Positions 32,882 through 45,367 of a stretch of DNA of 64,000 nucleotides are shown one piece after another. The notes below the pieces were generated by a model, which worked only from the letters and a program-made list of their open reading frames with translations, was not told where the DNA came from and searched no databases. The position numbers and the translations under genes are program-made. Within the stretch, counting starts at the first letter, position 1, and each line of letters begins with the position of its first letter. The stretch comes from Cladosporium halotolerans (lineage: Eukaryota). The stretch spans positions 744,001-808,000 of the forward strand of contig NW_027191458.1 in NCBI RefSeq assembly GCF_011745625.1, in the 5' to 3' direction.

Positions 32882-34048
32882 ATGGCGCTTCCAACAATTG
32901 CCACCTTTGCCGGACCTGATCGAGCATCGGCATCTGCACGACGGTTTGAGCAATCCAATTACAGCATGGTTGTCGAAAAATCTTCACAACACCCCGAAAA
33001 GAAGATGACTGCAGCTACGTTATCGACGCCCGAAGACTTTTGTGAATATCGCCAGTCGGAATCGAAGAGAGGGACAGTGTTGTATCTCGCATACGGTTCG
33101 AATCTCTCCATCGAGACATTCAGAGGGAAACGTGGCATCAAACCTCTCTCGCAGGTCAATGTCCAGATCCCTTCGCTTCGTCTTACGTTCGACTTACCGG
33201 GAGTACCGTATGTGGAGCCTTGTTTCGCAAATACTGCTCGCAGGAATCCGGAGAACGACCCTCCGCATGATAGCCAGCCAGCAATCCTTAGTGAAAAGTC
33301 CGAACCGTCATATCAGCGTAAAGGAAAGCCTCACTATCGGAAAGACAGGTGGCACAAGGGCCTTATCGGCGTCGTCTACGAGGTCACGCCCGAAGATTAC
33401 GCGCACATCATAGCGACTGAGGGCGGCGGCTCGTCTTATCAAGATATTCTAGTCGACTGCCACCCACTCAATGGTTCCGATCCTGCGCGTGCTATTCCTC
33501 AAAATCCCACTACTCCGCCGTTCAAAGCGCACACTCTCTTCGCGCCAGCGACGGTTCCGGGTGAGGAGCCACCAAAGGACGGCGGTCGCTTCCAGCGTCC
33601 TGACACGAGCTATGCGCAAGCTTCGGCGAGATATCTCAAATTGATCACAGATGGTGCGGCGGAATGCGCTTTGCCTTACGAGTACCAAGACTATCTCCGC
33701 GCCATCCATCCCTACACGATGACGACGCAGAAACAGCGAATGGGCCAGTTCATTTTCTCGAGCCTGTGGGTCCCATTCATCATGCTCATCTTCGCTCTCG
33801 GGAGGATGTTTGCAGACGAAAATGGCGTCATCCCCAATTGGCTGAAGGCATTGACTGCTGCTATCTTCAAGGCCAGCTGGAACAGCTATGATCGCTTCTT
33901 TGAGCCTTTGTTCGGGGATGGAGAAAGGTCGATTCCTGATGGTGGCGACGAGGCGCCGGATGCTGAAATGCGTCGGGCTGATGCAGGAGATGGTGCGGAA
34001 CAACCTCTCCTCGATATCGAACAGGGCGCAACTATAGCAAAGTCATGA
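32882..34048 (+). CDS. GliK-like gamma-glutamylcyclotransferase-family protein with a C-terminal hydrophobic helix
   Basis: VLYLAYGSNL, GVVYEV, IIATEGGG (GGCT catalytic Glu position), SARYLKLITDGA. The start may be 32882 or 32966. Confidence 0.85.
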   Translation: MALPTIATFAGPDRASASARRFEQSNYSMVVEKSSQHPEKKMTAATLSTPEDFCEYRQSESKRGTVLYLAYGSNLSIETFRGKRGIKPLSQVNVQIPSLRLTFDLPGVPYVEPCFANTARRNPENDPPHDSQPAILSEKSEPSYQRKGKPHYRKDRWHKGLIGVVYEVTPEDYAHIIATEGGGSSYQDILVDCHPLNGSDPARAIPQNPTTPPFKAHTLFAPATVPGEEPPKDGGRFQRPDTSYAQASARYLKLITDGAAECALPYEYQDYLRAIHPYTMTTQKQRMGQFIFSSLWVPFIMLIFALGRMFADENGVIPNWLKALTAAIFKASWNSYDRFFEPLFGDGERSIPDGGDEAPDAEMRRADAGDGAEQPLLDIEQGATIAKS

Positions 34049-34295
34049 TACATTCTGTGGGTATTTTACGAGCTTTGAATTTCTTCATTCTATTGTACAC
34101 CCCAAAGCACCATCTAATGTCCAATTATGGACGGCTCGTCTTGTTCTCGCCCCGGTTGAGCGTTCGAGGGAGGAGCGCGTTCGCGACGCGCATCCATCGC
34201 TCTTGCCAAACCCGACAGCAACGCGACCATCTATCGCAGCCTTGCTTCAATTTCACCCTCCACTTCTTTATCGGCCGGCCATCAGAGGCATCGCA

Positions 34296-37200
34296 ATGGC
34301 GGATCAGTACAGTTCCTGCCAAAGCATCATGTTGCTAAATGTCAGTGAAGATCACATAAGCACAGCTGGCTCGCCCGTTTCAGCGCCGGATCCTCATGAA
34401 ATCGTACAGCGTTCGCCCGTAATGCGCGCGGAAGATCTTGAGAGGGATGACTTCAGGGCAGAGCCGACAGATGTTGTTGAGGACTCCTACAAAGAGTCAC
34501 TTCAGAATGAAACACAGCCTGGCCGATTATCTCCGGCTCACCAGGATTCTGGCGACGAGCTATACGAGTTGAGCCCAAAAGCCAAAGTCAAACTTGATGC
34601 AAAACTGCAAGCGAAGGAGGTTGTAGCTTCAGAGCAGGTGATTGCAGGCTGACATGTGTTCATATACGATGAGACGGCGCTAACACCTGACAGCGACCAG
34701 CAGCGCCTTCCCACAATCCAATCGAGTTCTTTCTTCAAGAGGGCGCGATACCTGTTACGAAGCCACTGGAGTATTCAAGTCATGGCCCCCCGACAAGCCG
34801 ACGGAACAACAGCAAACTCTCAAAACCGCGGGAGGCTTTATCCAAGAAAGTCCAAGCCGTGACTAAGAATGTCAAGGCCTCTTCTAGGAGCACGTCAAGC
34901 ACAGCACATGGACGGCCCGAAGCCCCAAACAGCAACATGCATGAACCACTTGAAGAAAAGCGGAACGATGTCGCTGGCTACGAGCCGGGAATATCGCAGA
35001 AAGGCGCCAGTCGTCCCATCTCTCCTCGTGAGAAGGTTGTGGAAAACACGTCGTCCCTTGAGCAGGGTGGTGTTGTCACTGCAGCCCCAGAGACTGGTCT
35101 CTTCCAAGCGGACAGCGCAACGAGTTACAACCAAACAACTTCTGATACGAAACCTCCTGACCCTTCGCGTAAGCTCGCAAAGAGGCATCCCCCGGCTAAA
35201 GCTGAGTCAAAATCGCGGCTCCAGCAGGAACAAGTCCTTCCGAATACTACGAGTGGCCATCCCCAGCGTAAAGCAAAGCAGACTGCTTTGGCAAAGCTGA
35301 GATCGACGAACATCGAAACAGATGACGATGAATTGGCTCACAGTGATGGCGAGCCCGAAAGTGACGCCTCGATGGTCTTCACCAAAAAGACGAGGAACAG
35401 TGTTACCAGAAGGGTGGAAGAAGGCGAGGTCAAGCTTTCGAAATCTACCGTAATTGACTCACACTCGAAGCAAAAAGAGACAGGATTACCGAGTGGCAAA
35501 TTACGCTCCATGAAAGCGAACAGATCTGTTTTCAAGGCAGATGCAAAGACAGAGGTTGCAAATGCACGCGCAGCGCCTGAAGATGGACCCAATGATTCGT
35601 TCGGAGAATGCAAAGGAGATGAACTCAACAAGAGAGAATTGCAAGCTTCAACAAAGACAAAGCACACCGCACCGCGTAGTCGACATGTGCCGGATCGTTC
35701 TCAGCCAAGTAAGCGTCCCGGAATGTTGAAGCGTCCCGCCAGGTCCGCTTCACGTGGGAGGAAATCAGTACGAGATCAACATGTCTCTGATGTTACAGAA
35801 AATGCTGTCCAGACGACCAGGTCCAAGCGGAGTCTTTCAAAAGCATCGAAACCGCCCACAGCTAAGATCCAGCCTACGAGGCAAAGGATGCAGGCCCAGT
35901 CTACCAAAGAGCGATCACGTCAGGCCTCAGCGCAGCAGACCAGGTTTCGACGGCGGCTGCAGGATAGGGTTGGATCGTCTCAGACCAACGCCATTTTGAT
36001 ACATCAAAGTGATAGGTCCAGCTCATGCTCATCTTCAAGGACTTCAACCCCGTTAAAACAAGCAACGGCAGATGCTTCCCATAGTTTCCGTGTTCCGGAA
36101 GCCAAGGGGAGGCTACAAACACCGTTTGTAATGCAATCTTCGCCGCCTGGTCCTACCTATATGAAGAGGTCAGAATACACTCCTGTGTTTGACAAGCCTA
36201 CCATCATTGCCTTCGGCAAGAAGGGACCACAAAATCAGGGCAGTGCATCGCTTCGTAAGGACAAATCTTCGAAGCACAACTCAAGTGACGGAAAACCACG
36301 TTCCAAAGCCCTGCTCATCCGTGATGCAACAAACATGTTGGCGAAGACGCCATTTCCAGCAGATTTCAACGCTGCCAAAAAGGTTCTCGCACCTACTCAA
36401 ATAACAAAAGGACTTCACAATACAGATACTAGAAACGACGACGTCTTCAGTGCCTTCTTGCAGAATGGAAAGAATACTGCTCTTGCTAAGATGCTGGGAA
36501 AAGATTGCGAAGCTGGTGAAAACATTCATCGGTCAGACGCAGCTGACGACGAACGCGATGTTGACCCGCTGTGTCTAGGAGATGATTTTGAAGGCCCAAC
36601 GCTTATTGAAGAGGACCGCGGGAACCGATTTGCGCACAAGCTGCGCACTACATCCCAAGTTGCGATGCCACCGCCGAAGAGGGTTGCACTGAAGCACAAG
36701 ACAGGAAACAGAGAGCGACAGGAGGCTGAAGCGTTCTGCACCGCCCATGTTTCAGACATTCATGAAGCGGAAAGGACCAGTTCTGAGTCACTCAGAAGGT
36801 CATACCCACCCCTGCGCATGGAAGACCAAAATATGAGTTCACCGGAAAAAGGCGAACCGCACTCTGCAGAGAAGACTCGGAAACGGGGCACAGACAACTT
36901 TCCGGTGCTGGTGTCGAAGAAAGCCAAGTCATTGCAAACGAATCAAGAACGAAATCTTGGTCGAAGCAACAGCCCCGGGCTTGGAACTTATATCTTGGAA
37001 TCACCACATGTCGGTGTTACGGCCCTTGCGAAGGATGATCAGGGCGCGGCTCAAAAACGAGACCGGCGAACTCGTCGATCTGCTCAAAACTCAAATGGAG
37101 TTGACCTTCTAGGAAGCCCTTACCCAAAGAATTTGCACGTACCGAAACAGGCGACCGCATTAGAGGTGTTTTCGCAACAAACCGGCTTGTCATCCGATCG

Positions 37201-38053
37201 CCCTTCCGTTCCTGATGATCGAGAATTCCCAGGCCCTCTCATTTTCGCCCTTCTACCTGCCGCGCGGTCTTCCGGTGAGCTTAGACACAGGTCGAGCAAT
37301 GGGGAGCTTCGCTTGTCAGCTGATCAGGGAACTCCTAAAGCACTCATTAGAAACGCGTCCGGTCCGGTCACTCGGCGCTTACTGAAAGCAAATTCTTCGA
37401 TCAAAGCCACGGACAACCCTTTCATTACATCCCATACACAAAAGCCCACAAAGGCTGGTCCCATGTCAGAGCTCGCAGAAAAACTCCGCCTACGTGGTTT
37501 CACTTCTAGTAACGAGAATATGGACGGCGACCAACCACTGGAGGAAGATGACGACCCTGAAAAGACCCTTCTGGATCGGATGGACGACCGTGACGATGGG
37601 TTCAAAGACATCACAAGCTCTCCGGCTTCTAGCAAGGCATCTGACAGCAGCACAACCAGGCATGCCGAGAAGATCATCGAGGACGTAGGCGACTGGCGCA
37701 ACGCCTTGAAGCCCCACCAAACCCGCCTTTTCGACTCGCTGGTGATTGCCTCACACAAGCTTGTGCGGCACTTGGTCGACAGGGATACGGCCGATCGAGA
37801 CATCGTGGCGGACTATCGTCGACGCGGCGAAATCATAGTCACAGAATTGCAACAAGCGCAAGCCAGGGAGTACGAACAATACCTATCAAGAATGCAAGCA
37901 TGGAAGCAGCAAGCTGCCGACAAGCTTGAAGCGCACGCCAAAGAACTGGGCAAGCACGCGAAGGATTCTGAACGGGCTAAGATTGAGCGGCAAAAAGCTA
38001 AGCGTTCCTGGAATGAGGTTCAGAGCGTGTTTAGCAGACTTCTCGAAGGTTGA
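34296..38053 (+). CDS. Very large low-complexity protein with a C-terminal helical/coiled-coil domain (intron 34638-34693)
   Basis: GAGCAG|GTGATT..GCTAAC..CAG joins ORF 34203-34652 in frame to the 1064-aa ORF. The last ~130 aa are amphipathic helix/coiled coil (WRNALKPHQTRLFDSL..LVRHLVD..IVADYRRRG). Confidence 0.75.
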
Positions 38054-38387
38054 TCTGAAGGAAATGGCCAAGAACGTGCTATACGTGTAATGACTGCCGG
38101 GCCGATCTCATAATGTTTGCTTGCTGTGGGATCGTCATCACACGTTCTGGCGGCATGGAAATGGGGCCTTGACGTCAATTGCTCAGTAGTGTTAGATGTA
38201 TTCATTTCATCGCTCTTTTAATCACCTTCCGATGGCAAGCTGCGCCTGAAACGCCTCGCCATGCGCTTTGCACACCGGTCTATGATACATGCAAGCTCTT
38301 GCTCTCTGTCGTGTGACTGTATCGGCCCGGACTTGATTGAGCCCACCTAACGCCTGATCGTGCATGCTCGTTTCCCGACACACCCCT

Positions 38388-39118
38388 CTAATCTTGCCTG
38401 CCCTTCAACAGCCTCTTGGTAACCTTGTCCTTCTCAATGATGTAGACGTGCGCTCCCCAACCGGAGAGAGCGTCTCTGTCGACGGCGTTGAGAAGAGCCT
38501 GGGAGATCGTCTCGAAGAGGTCATCAGGCTCGAGATTGGGCTCCCAAAGACCTTCGCAAGTACCGAAAAGCTGGTCGGAGGCAGTTCCAGCAACGATGAA
38601 GTCCTTCGCAAAGTCGATGCAGCCGATGCTATCGAAGCTGTTTGTCTAATGTTAGCTCGTGATCCAACGACGATCCATCTTGTCTTGTACGTACCCGCAA
38701 ATGAAAGGCTTCCCATCAGTGGCGTTGATGCCCGCCACGACCGGGCTCACAAACCACGGACCGAACCTCCTCTCGTATAGACTGCTGCTGACCAGGTTCG
38801 CGAACGTCTGCGGGCTGATGTCCCTCTCTTCCCGTAACCGGTACATGTTGTGCTTGTATCTGAAGAGCTCGGAAACCGTCTGGACGTCTGTCGCGAGGCC
38901 CGTGAGGCCGAGATGGACTTGCGAGCCGTACTGGAAGATCTTGGGGAAGTTGTTGCTGACGGTGAGGGCCTGGAGACCGAGGCGCAGGTCACAGGCGATG
39001 GCGACACAGTCCTTTCCGACCATGGCCACGCAAGCGCCGCCGTCTGGGGTGTTGTTAGCGATCGCATCGTAAGCAATCATTCGAAAGTGCGCTTACTTAT
39101 GGAAAAGGGAGATGCCAT
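38388..39118 (-). CDS. PUP3: 20S proteasome subunit beta-3; introns 39044-39096, 38638-38694
   Basis: [74 protein letters not shown]. Confidence 0.97.
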
Positions 39119-39498
39119 GGTGATCTGATGTTGTGGTGTAAGGTTGCCGACGTCAAGCGAGACGGCTTGGATTGATGACAGCCGGCTTAAGGTGTTCGTT
39201 GCTCGCGCCTCGTCAGTACAGGAGGATGCCGAGAGAAGTCGTAGTCTGTCGTGAGAGGAAAGCGAATTTGTTGGCTGATGGCGGGTTGGTGGTGTTGCTA
39301 TTTGGTAGCTCGATCACTATAGACAGCGGTGCACCTGGAGGCAGCTGCTCTGACGCGCGCAGTTGGAGCTGCCACGGCTCGACCCGCATCCGCATCCGCT
39401 TCAAGACTCCCGAGCCGAACATCGCCAAAGTCCCGTAGACCATCTCGACTGCCCATCGCCCTGTCAATTGCAGGCACAGCACCACGCCGTCGTCCAAG

Positions 39499-40059
39499 AT
39501 GGCAACTACACAGCAACACATTCGCCTTGCGCAGGATCTGCACCCACGACTTCTACGTTTTTTTACCCGGTTTCCGCCAGCAGCACTCACTGGCGCCACG
39601 GCAACTCCAGAGCCCGTGCAAATCGCAGAAACGACATCCCCCTCGGACCCTAATGCAACCGCGACCACCACAACCGCCCAGTCACCCCCGGAACACACAT
39701 ACCCGCGCAACCGCAATCCGTTTCTCGCCTTCAAGAACCCGCGCACCGGCAACTGGCACGCACCGCACTACTCGCTGCGCCGGCAAGCCGAGCTCTTCAA
39801 GCTCGCCAAGGCCCACGATGTCCTGCCTCTGATGCCTCTTTCGCCCAAACACCCCGAAGTGAAGGAGCAGAAGCGCATTGAGAATGGCCTGAGGGTACAG
39901 GGCACGGGTATCGGCAAGAAGGTCAAGGGTAAGCTCTGGGAGCGCACGCTCAAGGGCCGCCTGGAGGACAGGAGGAAGGCGATGGAGGGCATGCCCGAGA
40001 TGATCAGGCAATGGAAGGAGAGAGGCCACGGCCGTGGCTGGAAGAAGTGGCCCAAATAA
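39499..40059 (+). CDS. MRPL25: Mitochondrial ribosomal protein mL59 (Mrpl25-like)
   Basis: LHPRLLRFFTRFPP, NPFLAFKNPRTGNWHAPHYSLRRQAELFKLA, VKGKLWER, MPEMIRQWK..GWKKWPK. Confidence 0.9.
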   Translation: MATTQQHIRLAQDLHPRLLRFFTRFPPAALTGATATPEPVQIAETTSPSDPNATATTTTAQSPPEHTYPRNRNPFLAFKNPRTGNWHAPHYSLRRQAELFKLAKAHDVLPLMPLSPKHPEVKEQKRIENGLRVQGTGIGKKVKGKLWERTLKGRLEDRRKAMEGMPEMIRQWKERGHGRGWKKWPK

Positions 40060-41431
40060 ATGGGCTGAAGGTTTTGGCTGCACAGTGTTTGGCATGGCGT
40101 TTTAATGGATCGGGAGCATCTGAGTGGTGTTCAGCAAGAGGCATTCTGCAGGAGCAGACATATGTGGCTACTGTACTATAAGAGCTGTACGAATGATAGG
40201 ATTGAGCCCACTGAGCGTATTTGTTCCCGGAGATCAAGGAACGCTTCAAGCACAGATGAGCCAAGTTACTAGCGGCAAGAGGTTAAAAAAGTCGCTTGGT
40301 CTAGCAGCAATTCGCAGGGGCACCGGCTTGGAACAATACGTGCTTGGTTCGCCGAAGTCTTCCTACATGCCTTCATTCATGCTCTCACTGTCCCCAATGA
40401 CTGGCAGTGCTCAAATACAAGGGGCCCGAAAGTATAGTTCTTCTCAATGAGCTGGCCGTTGACAGATTGCCGAGCTTGGCTAAGACCAAAGGAAGGCAGC
40501 GCCTCATCGATCTGTTCTTCGGAGATCGACGGTAAACCATTGGAAAAGTAACCATCGGTCAATGGCTTTCCGTGCTGGATAGGGTCTTCTTTGCATATAC
40601 GCCTACGATAGCTAGATCCTCAGCTTTTCGCAGGGAATAGTGTAGAAATGGCTGGCATTCAACTTGCCGATCGGGGTTGCGCCGGAATCATATCTCTGAT
40701 ACTCATATTGCAGGAAGCGAAGCCCTAGGCCAGAATTTGTCCACTAACATCGAAATCATCGATCGAGGAGCTTAGTGTGACGCGGCACGTCTCGTTTGAA
40801 CAGATTCAACGGTGGTGAGAGCTCTGAATCGAAGGTAGAAACCTCATCTAGTAACGATTCACACCGCAACCATTCGGGCAGAATGATGATGCTCTCGTCG
40901 TATGATTTTGCTGAGAGCTGGATTCAATTTGTTTTGTTGGGCATGAATTGACGCATTCAATCATAAACTATCAATGAAGCTCTGACTGGCCCAGGTATAT
41001 CTAGAAGATTTCTCGTGATCTGTTTTCATTACTACGGTTGTTGCATGTTGCTTAGAAGATTTTGTCATGTGTAAGCCTAGAGACAGGCAAGTCGTCTACA
41101 CCTTCGCCCGGAAACGCAGCGTTCAAAAAAGAGATGTATAATGAAATTGCTTCAATAAATCGTATATTGCGATAGATCGAAGTCGACCATAGGTTGTAGA
41201 ATGAAACCGAGTTGATGTGTTACGGGACTGCCGACCAGTGACGTCACGTGTCGTGAGGACGCGTGAAGGTCGAATTCTTTTGAGTGAATTGTCCATGTGC
41301 TGTATATCCACCACCGACACCGACTAGTCTTTTTACATTTGCTCTCGGTAGGACGACTGGAGATTAAGAAACACGCAAGTTGGTTCGTCATTGGTGGAGA
41401 GCCGCCAACAAGCTTCAGGACGACTGCAACA

Positions 41432-42496
41432 ATGTCCACAGAAGAGCAGACACTGGTAATGCTCTCGCAACCATCGAATTACTTGGGCGCCACAATTTTC
41501 TGGCTATACATTATCCTCGCCTTGGTGTTCACGAGCATTACTGCATGGACTTTGCTCTCGTTGTCCGCATCGAAACGGCCTAAAAAGAGGCAAAGCTCTG
41601 GACAAGTATTCATATTCAGCGCCCTCGCCGTTCTCAGCTTCGCCACGTTGTCGAGGAACATGCTGGAAGTCCTCATCCAATCTTTCAACCAATGGTCAAT
41701 TGGACTGCAACCTATTCCACCGAACGAGCTGCCGCTCCGCATTTGGCAATGGTCCACGAGATCGACCCTTTTCCGCGACTTCGGGGAAGCCATCGTAAGC
41801 GACTCTGCTCGTTTCATCTGGGTTCAGAGTGCTCTCCTAGCCACACTATCCATGTTTTTCTACATGGGGACTGAAGGAAGGCACAGAGAAGTCCCTCGCC
41901 TGTGGGCCTTTTTCTGCCTTGGTCAGATCCTGCCTATTTCTTTCGCGCAGAACCTGTTCTACATTGCTCTGGTTTTCTCACCTGTGAAAGCCGATCAAAT
42001 CCATTTCAACAAATCCGCAGCCGTCGGAAGTGCTGGTTTCTATTGCTTATGTCTCGCATGCGCTCAACTGGTAGCAGGCACGGATCGATTGATCCCACTG
42101 ATCCTGGCAGCTCGCGCCGCCCTCATGACACCCTTATTCCTGAAGGCAGGCCACATTGGCGCGGGTGAGAAGCCCACGATTGATCGCGCTACTAGCAAAG
42201 AAGTACAAAGAGTTATCCTGAAGGCGGCATTGATCATGTCGGGAATGAAGGCCTATCAGGCCGTGCAAGAAGGCTGGGATTTAGGAATGCTCTTCCTAGC
42301 TCTCCGTGATCACCCGGCCGTCACAGCACTCGGCTACGACTTCCTGCTCAGTGCCGCGAGCTTTGCTATCTGGACACTTATGGGTCCGAAGGACAAGCCA
42401 ACTGCCGGCAACGCTACTGCGACTTCTACCAGGGTCGCCGAGGGTAAATCCACCGGCAGAACGCAGCGCGTGAGCGGTCGGAGAGGCCGAACATAG
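41432..42496 (+). CDS. Multi-pass membrane protein of unknown function
   Basis: Single long ORF with roughly 7-8 hydrophobic segments (e.g. IFWLYIILALVFTSI, LWAFFCLGQILPISFAQNLFYIAL, HPAVTALGYDFLLS). The start is 41432 or 41459. Confidence 0.8.
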   Translation: MSTEEQTLVMLSQPSNYLGATIFWLYIILALVFTSITAWTLLSLSASKRPKKRQSSGQVFIFSALAVLSFATLSRNMLEVLIQSFNQWSIGLQPIPPNELPLRIWQWSTRSTLFRDFGEAIVSDSARFIWVQSALLATLSMFFYMGTEGRHREVPRLWAFFCLGQILPISFAQNLFYIALVFSPVKADQIHFNKSAAVGSAGFYCLCLACAQLVAGTDRLIPLILAARAALMTPLFLKAGHIGAGEKPTIDRATSKEVQRVILKAALIMSGMKAYQAVQEGWDLGMLFLALRDHPAVTALGYDFLLSAASFAIWTLMGPKDKPTAGNATATSTRVAEGKSTGRTQRVSGRRGRT

Positions 42497-45367
42497 CACG
42501 TGGAAAATGTCAATCACGTGAGGCACGTGCTGCGTGTAACCCTGGCGCCAGGAGGACAGATGATTCCCAACAGACATATAGATTGTGCAGAGTTTGAGCG
42601 GTATCTTGTGGGCACTCTTCTACTATACGATACTCGTCGCTACCTACGATCCATATGCCATTTCATTCGCAACGAATGGGCCGCGTGCATCGACTTCTGA
42701 ATCCTGTCTATGAAGGAACTTCAGGAGGCTTTCCTAGTCTCATTGTGGCTCAACTATCATCAGATCTTTCTTCGTGTGTTGGCCAACGGAGTCTGCCGTG
42801 GCGGACCTTTGAGACTGTTGTCTACGGAGGCTCGCTTAGAGAAGTTGCGCCATCCACGCGGCCGCTCAGGGCCTCAAAGCAGGGATGTATAAAAGACCCG
42901 CTCGTTCTCTTGGGCAATTTCTTTGGCCGTCATCGCGCTACTTTAGGGCTAGACATGAGAGAACGTCACACGACAACTCCAGTGCTTCCGCAGGACCGGT
43001 TCTTGCGCGGCGAGCTAGCTGCACCGGACATGCTCGCGGGTGCCTCCAATCTGGAGGGTCACTTGACTCGTTAGGCTCTCCGTGAGGTTCTGCGTCGTGG
43101 ACCCACCCACAACGTAGTGGATGACAGGTTTGACAGCGGCTCGCTCCGACCTTCGTGCATGTACAGTATAACAGTTGCTGAGTCCTTAGCTCCTTAGGGT
43201 GTCAATGTAGCAGATGATCTGAAACATGCTGTCCATAGAAAACGCGGCTGTCGTGGACTCGCGCCGGGAAACGCTTGGAGCAGGATTTGCAGCCGATGCA
43301 GGAACCGAGGTCGCCTGCTGCATACTGATCCCGCGGAGCGCCTGTAGCCCCAGTGGCCACATGAATACCATTTTGTCGCGCAGGATCCTTGATCACTGTG
43401 TATCAGATTGTGACTCTCCGAAAACACGACGAAATACGAGGAGTCCAGCCAGCTTGAGTGCATGATCGGTTTCGCAGAAGCCTGTGCGCCAGTATGCTCC
43501 CATCGGTCGATCGTCGACGAGGAAGGTGAGCCAAGAAGGAACGCAAACGCATCCCGTGAGTCCAGACTCGTGGCGCTCAACTCATTCACCTGGTACACAG
43601 GATGGCATCACTGTACGCGGGCTGCTGCTGTGAACGTCGCCGTATGTAGGTTCTCAATGACTTTCGGGGCCCGGTTGTCGAACCGAGAAGTCAAATCCTG
43701 GACCCCCCAACTCCAGTCGAGTTCAGAGCGTGAATGGGTACATGGCTGGTCGGCACTTGGCCTGGAGAGAGATCACACGAGTCAAGGGCTTGGCTGCAGT
43801 GGCTGGCTGAACGCGTGTGAAACGCACAAGTCACAGCACTCAAATGTTCGGTAGGTTGCAGCGTGGCAGCAGCTAGCGTCGCATCGGTGTGCCGGCGAGC
43901 CTACCGTAGTAGCTTGCCGAAACGGTCAACGCGTGGACTCGAATGGCCACGTGTGGATGGGGCGCTGTTCGCTCGCAAAGTTGGCCGAGCGATCGACACC
44001 TCATGAATCCTCTGGTCCCAATCAGAAAAGGCGGAGTCGTTTCCGCCACCACTCTTGATAGTCCCTATTAGTGTACCGGCCGGGGCTCACACGCACAGCC
44101 GGAGATTTGCACAGATCCCCGAAGCAATTCAGCCCAGATTGCCAGTCAACAACGGGATATGGTCTGGCGCTGTGCACGACATCATTATCCCGGACGCCAA
44201 AGGAGCTTGCTGGGCCCTTCGGAAGATGAGCGGCCAGGGGAGCTCAAGATCGTCGGATCGAGCCCACATGATTCGCATGCCAGCATGCCACTTGGGGGAT
44301 AAGCTCGGAGTCTGATCAGCTCGGGCCGACAAGTTAGCATGCGAGCACGGTGCCCTAGGGCGACGTCGCTCGACACCGACGCAGAGGTTCAGCGTCCGGA
44401 AGAACATAGCAAGGGCTGATGAGACTGTGGCAGAGCTGGATGGAAGTTCGAGCCGTAACGGAACATGACCGGGCCTTCAACCGCAAAGCGCGCTTTGACG
44501 TCAATCGTTCGCTTTCAAGAGCTCTGCTCTTGCCCTCACCCAGATGCGAGGGCTTAGGAACTGTATCGGCCCTGACGGGCGATCGCAGCGATCGGTCAGA
44601 CAATGGCCGAAGAAGATCTTCAAATCAGCTCAGCCATCGCCCGCGGTAGTGATCCGAGATCGGGGTCAAAGTTACATCAACCCCCTTCTTGCCGAGCGCA
44701 AGCCACAATATTCGAAGAGAGGCAACCGCGTTGCCGTCTCGCCGAGGCGCCGATCTCGAGATAGGGAAACCATGCTCAAACCAAAAATCTGTGGCATTGA
44801 GTTCTTCCGGACGGCCAAATTAGTAGGTCGATATTAATAAGACATGGAAAGGAAGAATACTCTAATTATTCAACACCTGGAACATCTGAAGGTCTCCCTA
44901 TAATCTAAACTTTCGGGCGAGCGCTGAGGAGGTGCGGGTGTTCTCCCGCGAATCCACAGTCAAGCGAAGTATCAGCCTTTCTTCACGAATCATGTCTCAG
45001 TACCTAACGGTAATAACGAAAGTCGGCTCTGGCTCACTAGTCAAGGGCCGAGCACAGATCGATGGCAAACCAATAATTCCTGACTTTTACCATCGGCTAT
45101 CGTTACTCAACATTATGGCCAGGCCCAGTTCCTGTAAATATTGCGTCACGTCGCAAACAACGCCCGCGCAGCCGCCATCGTTCCAACCCAGCAGAAGTCT
45201 CGTATCACTTAATCGGCGGCAAAGAAAAGGTGGATGAGGTATGCAGGTTGAGCGTCCAAGATTAACGATCCGGAAGGAAAATTAAGAGCACCGCAAGTCG
45301 GTCGCCCCAGAATGAGAGGATAACAATATCCATGAGTTTTGGAAATTCGAAAGACGGGCCGTGAATA

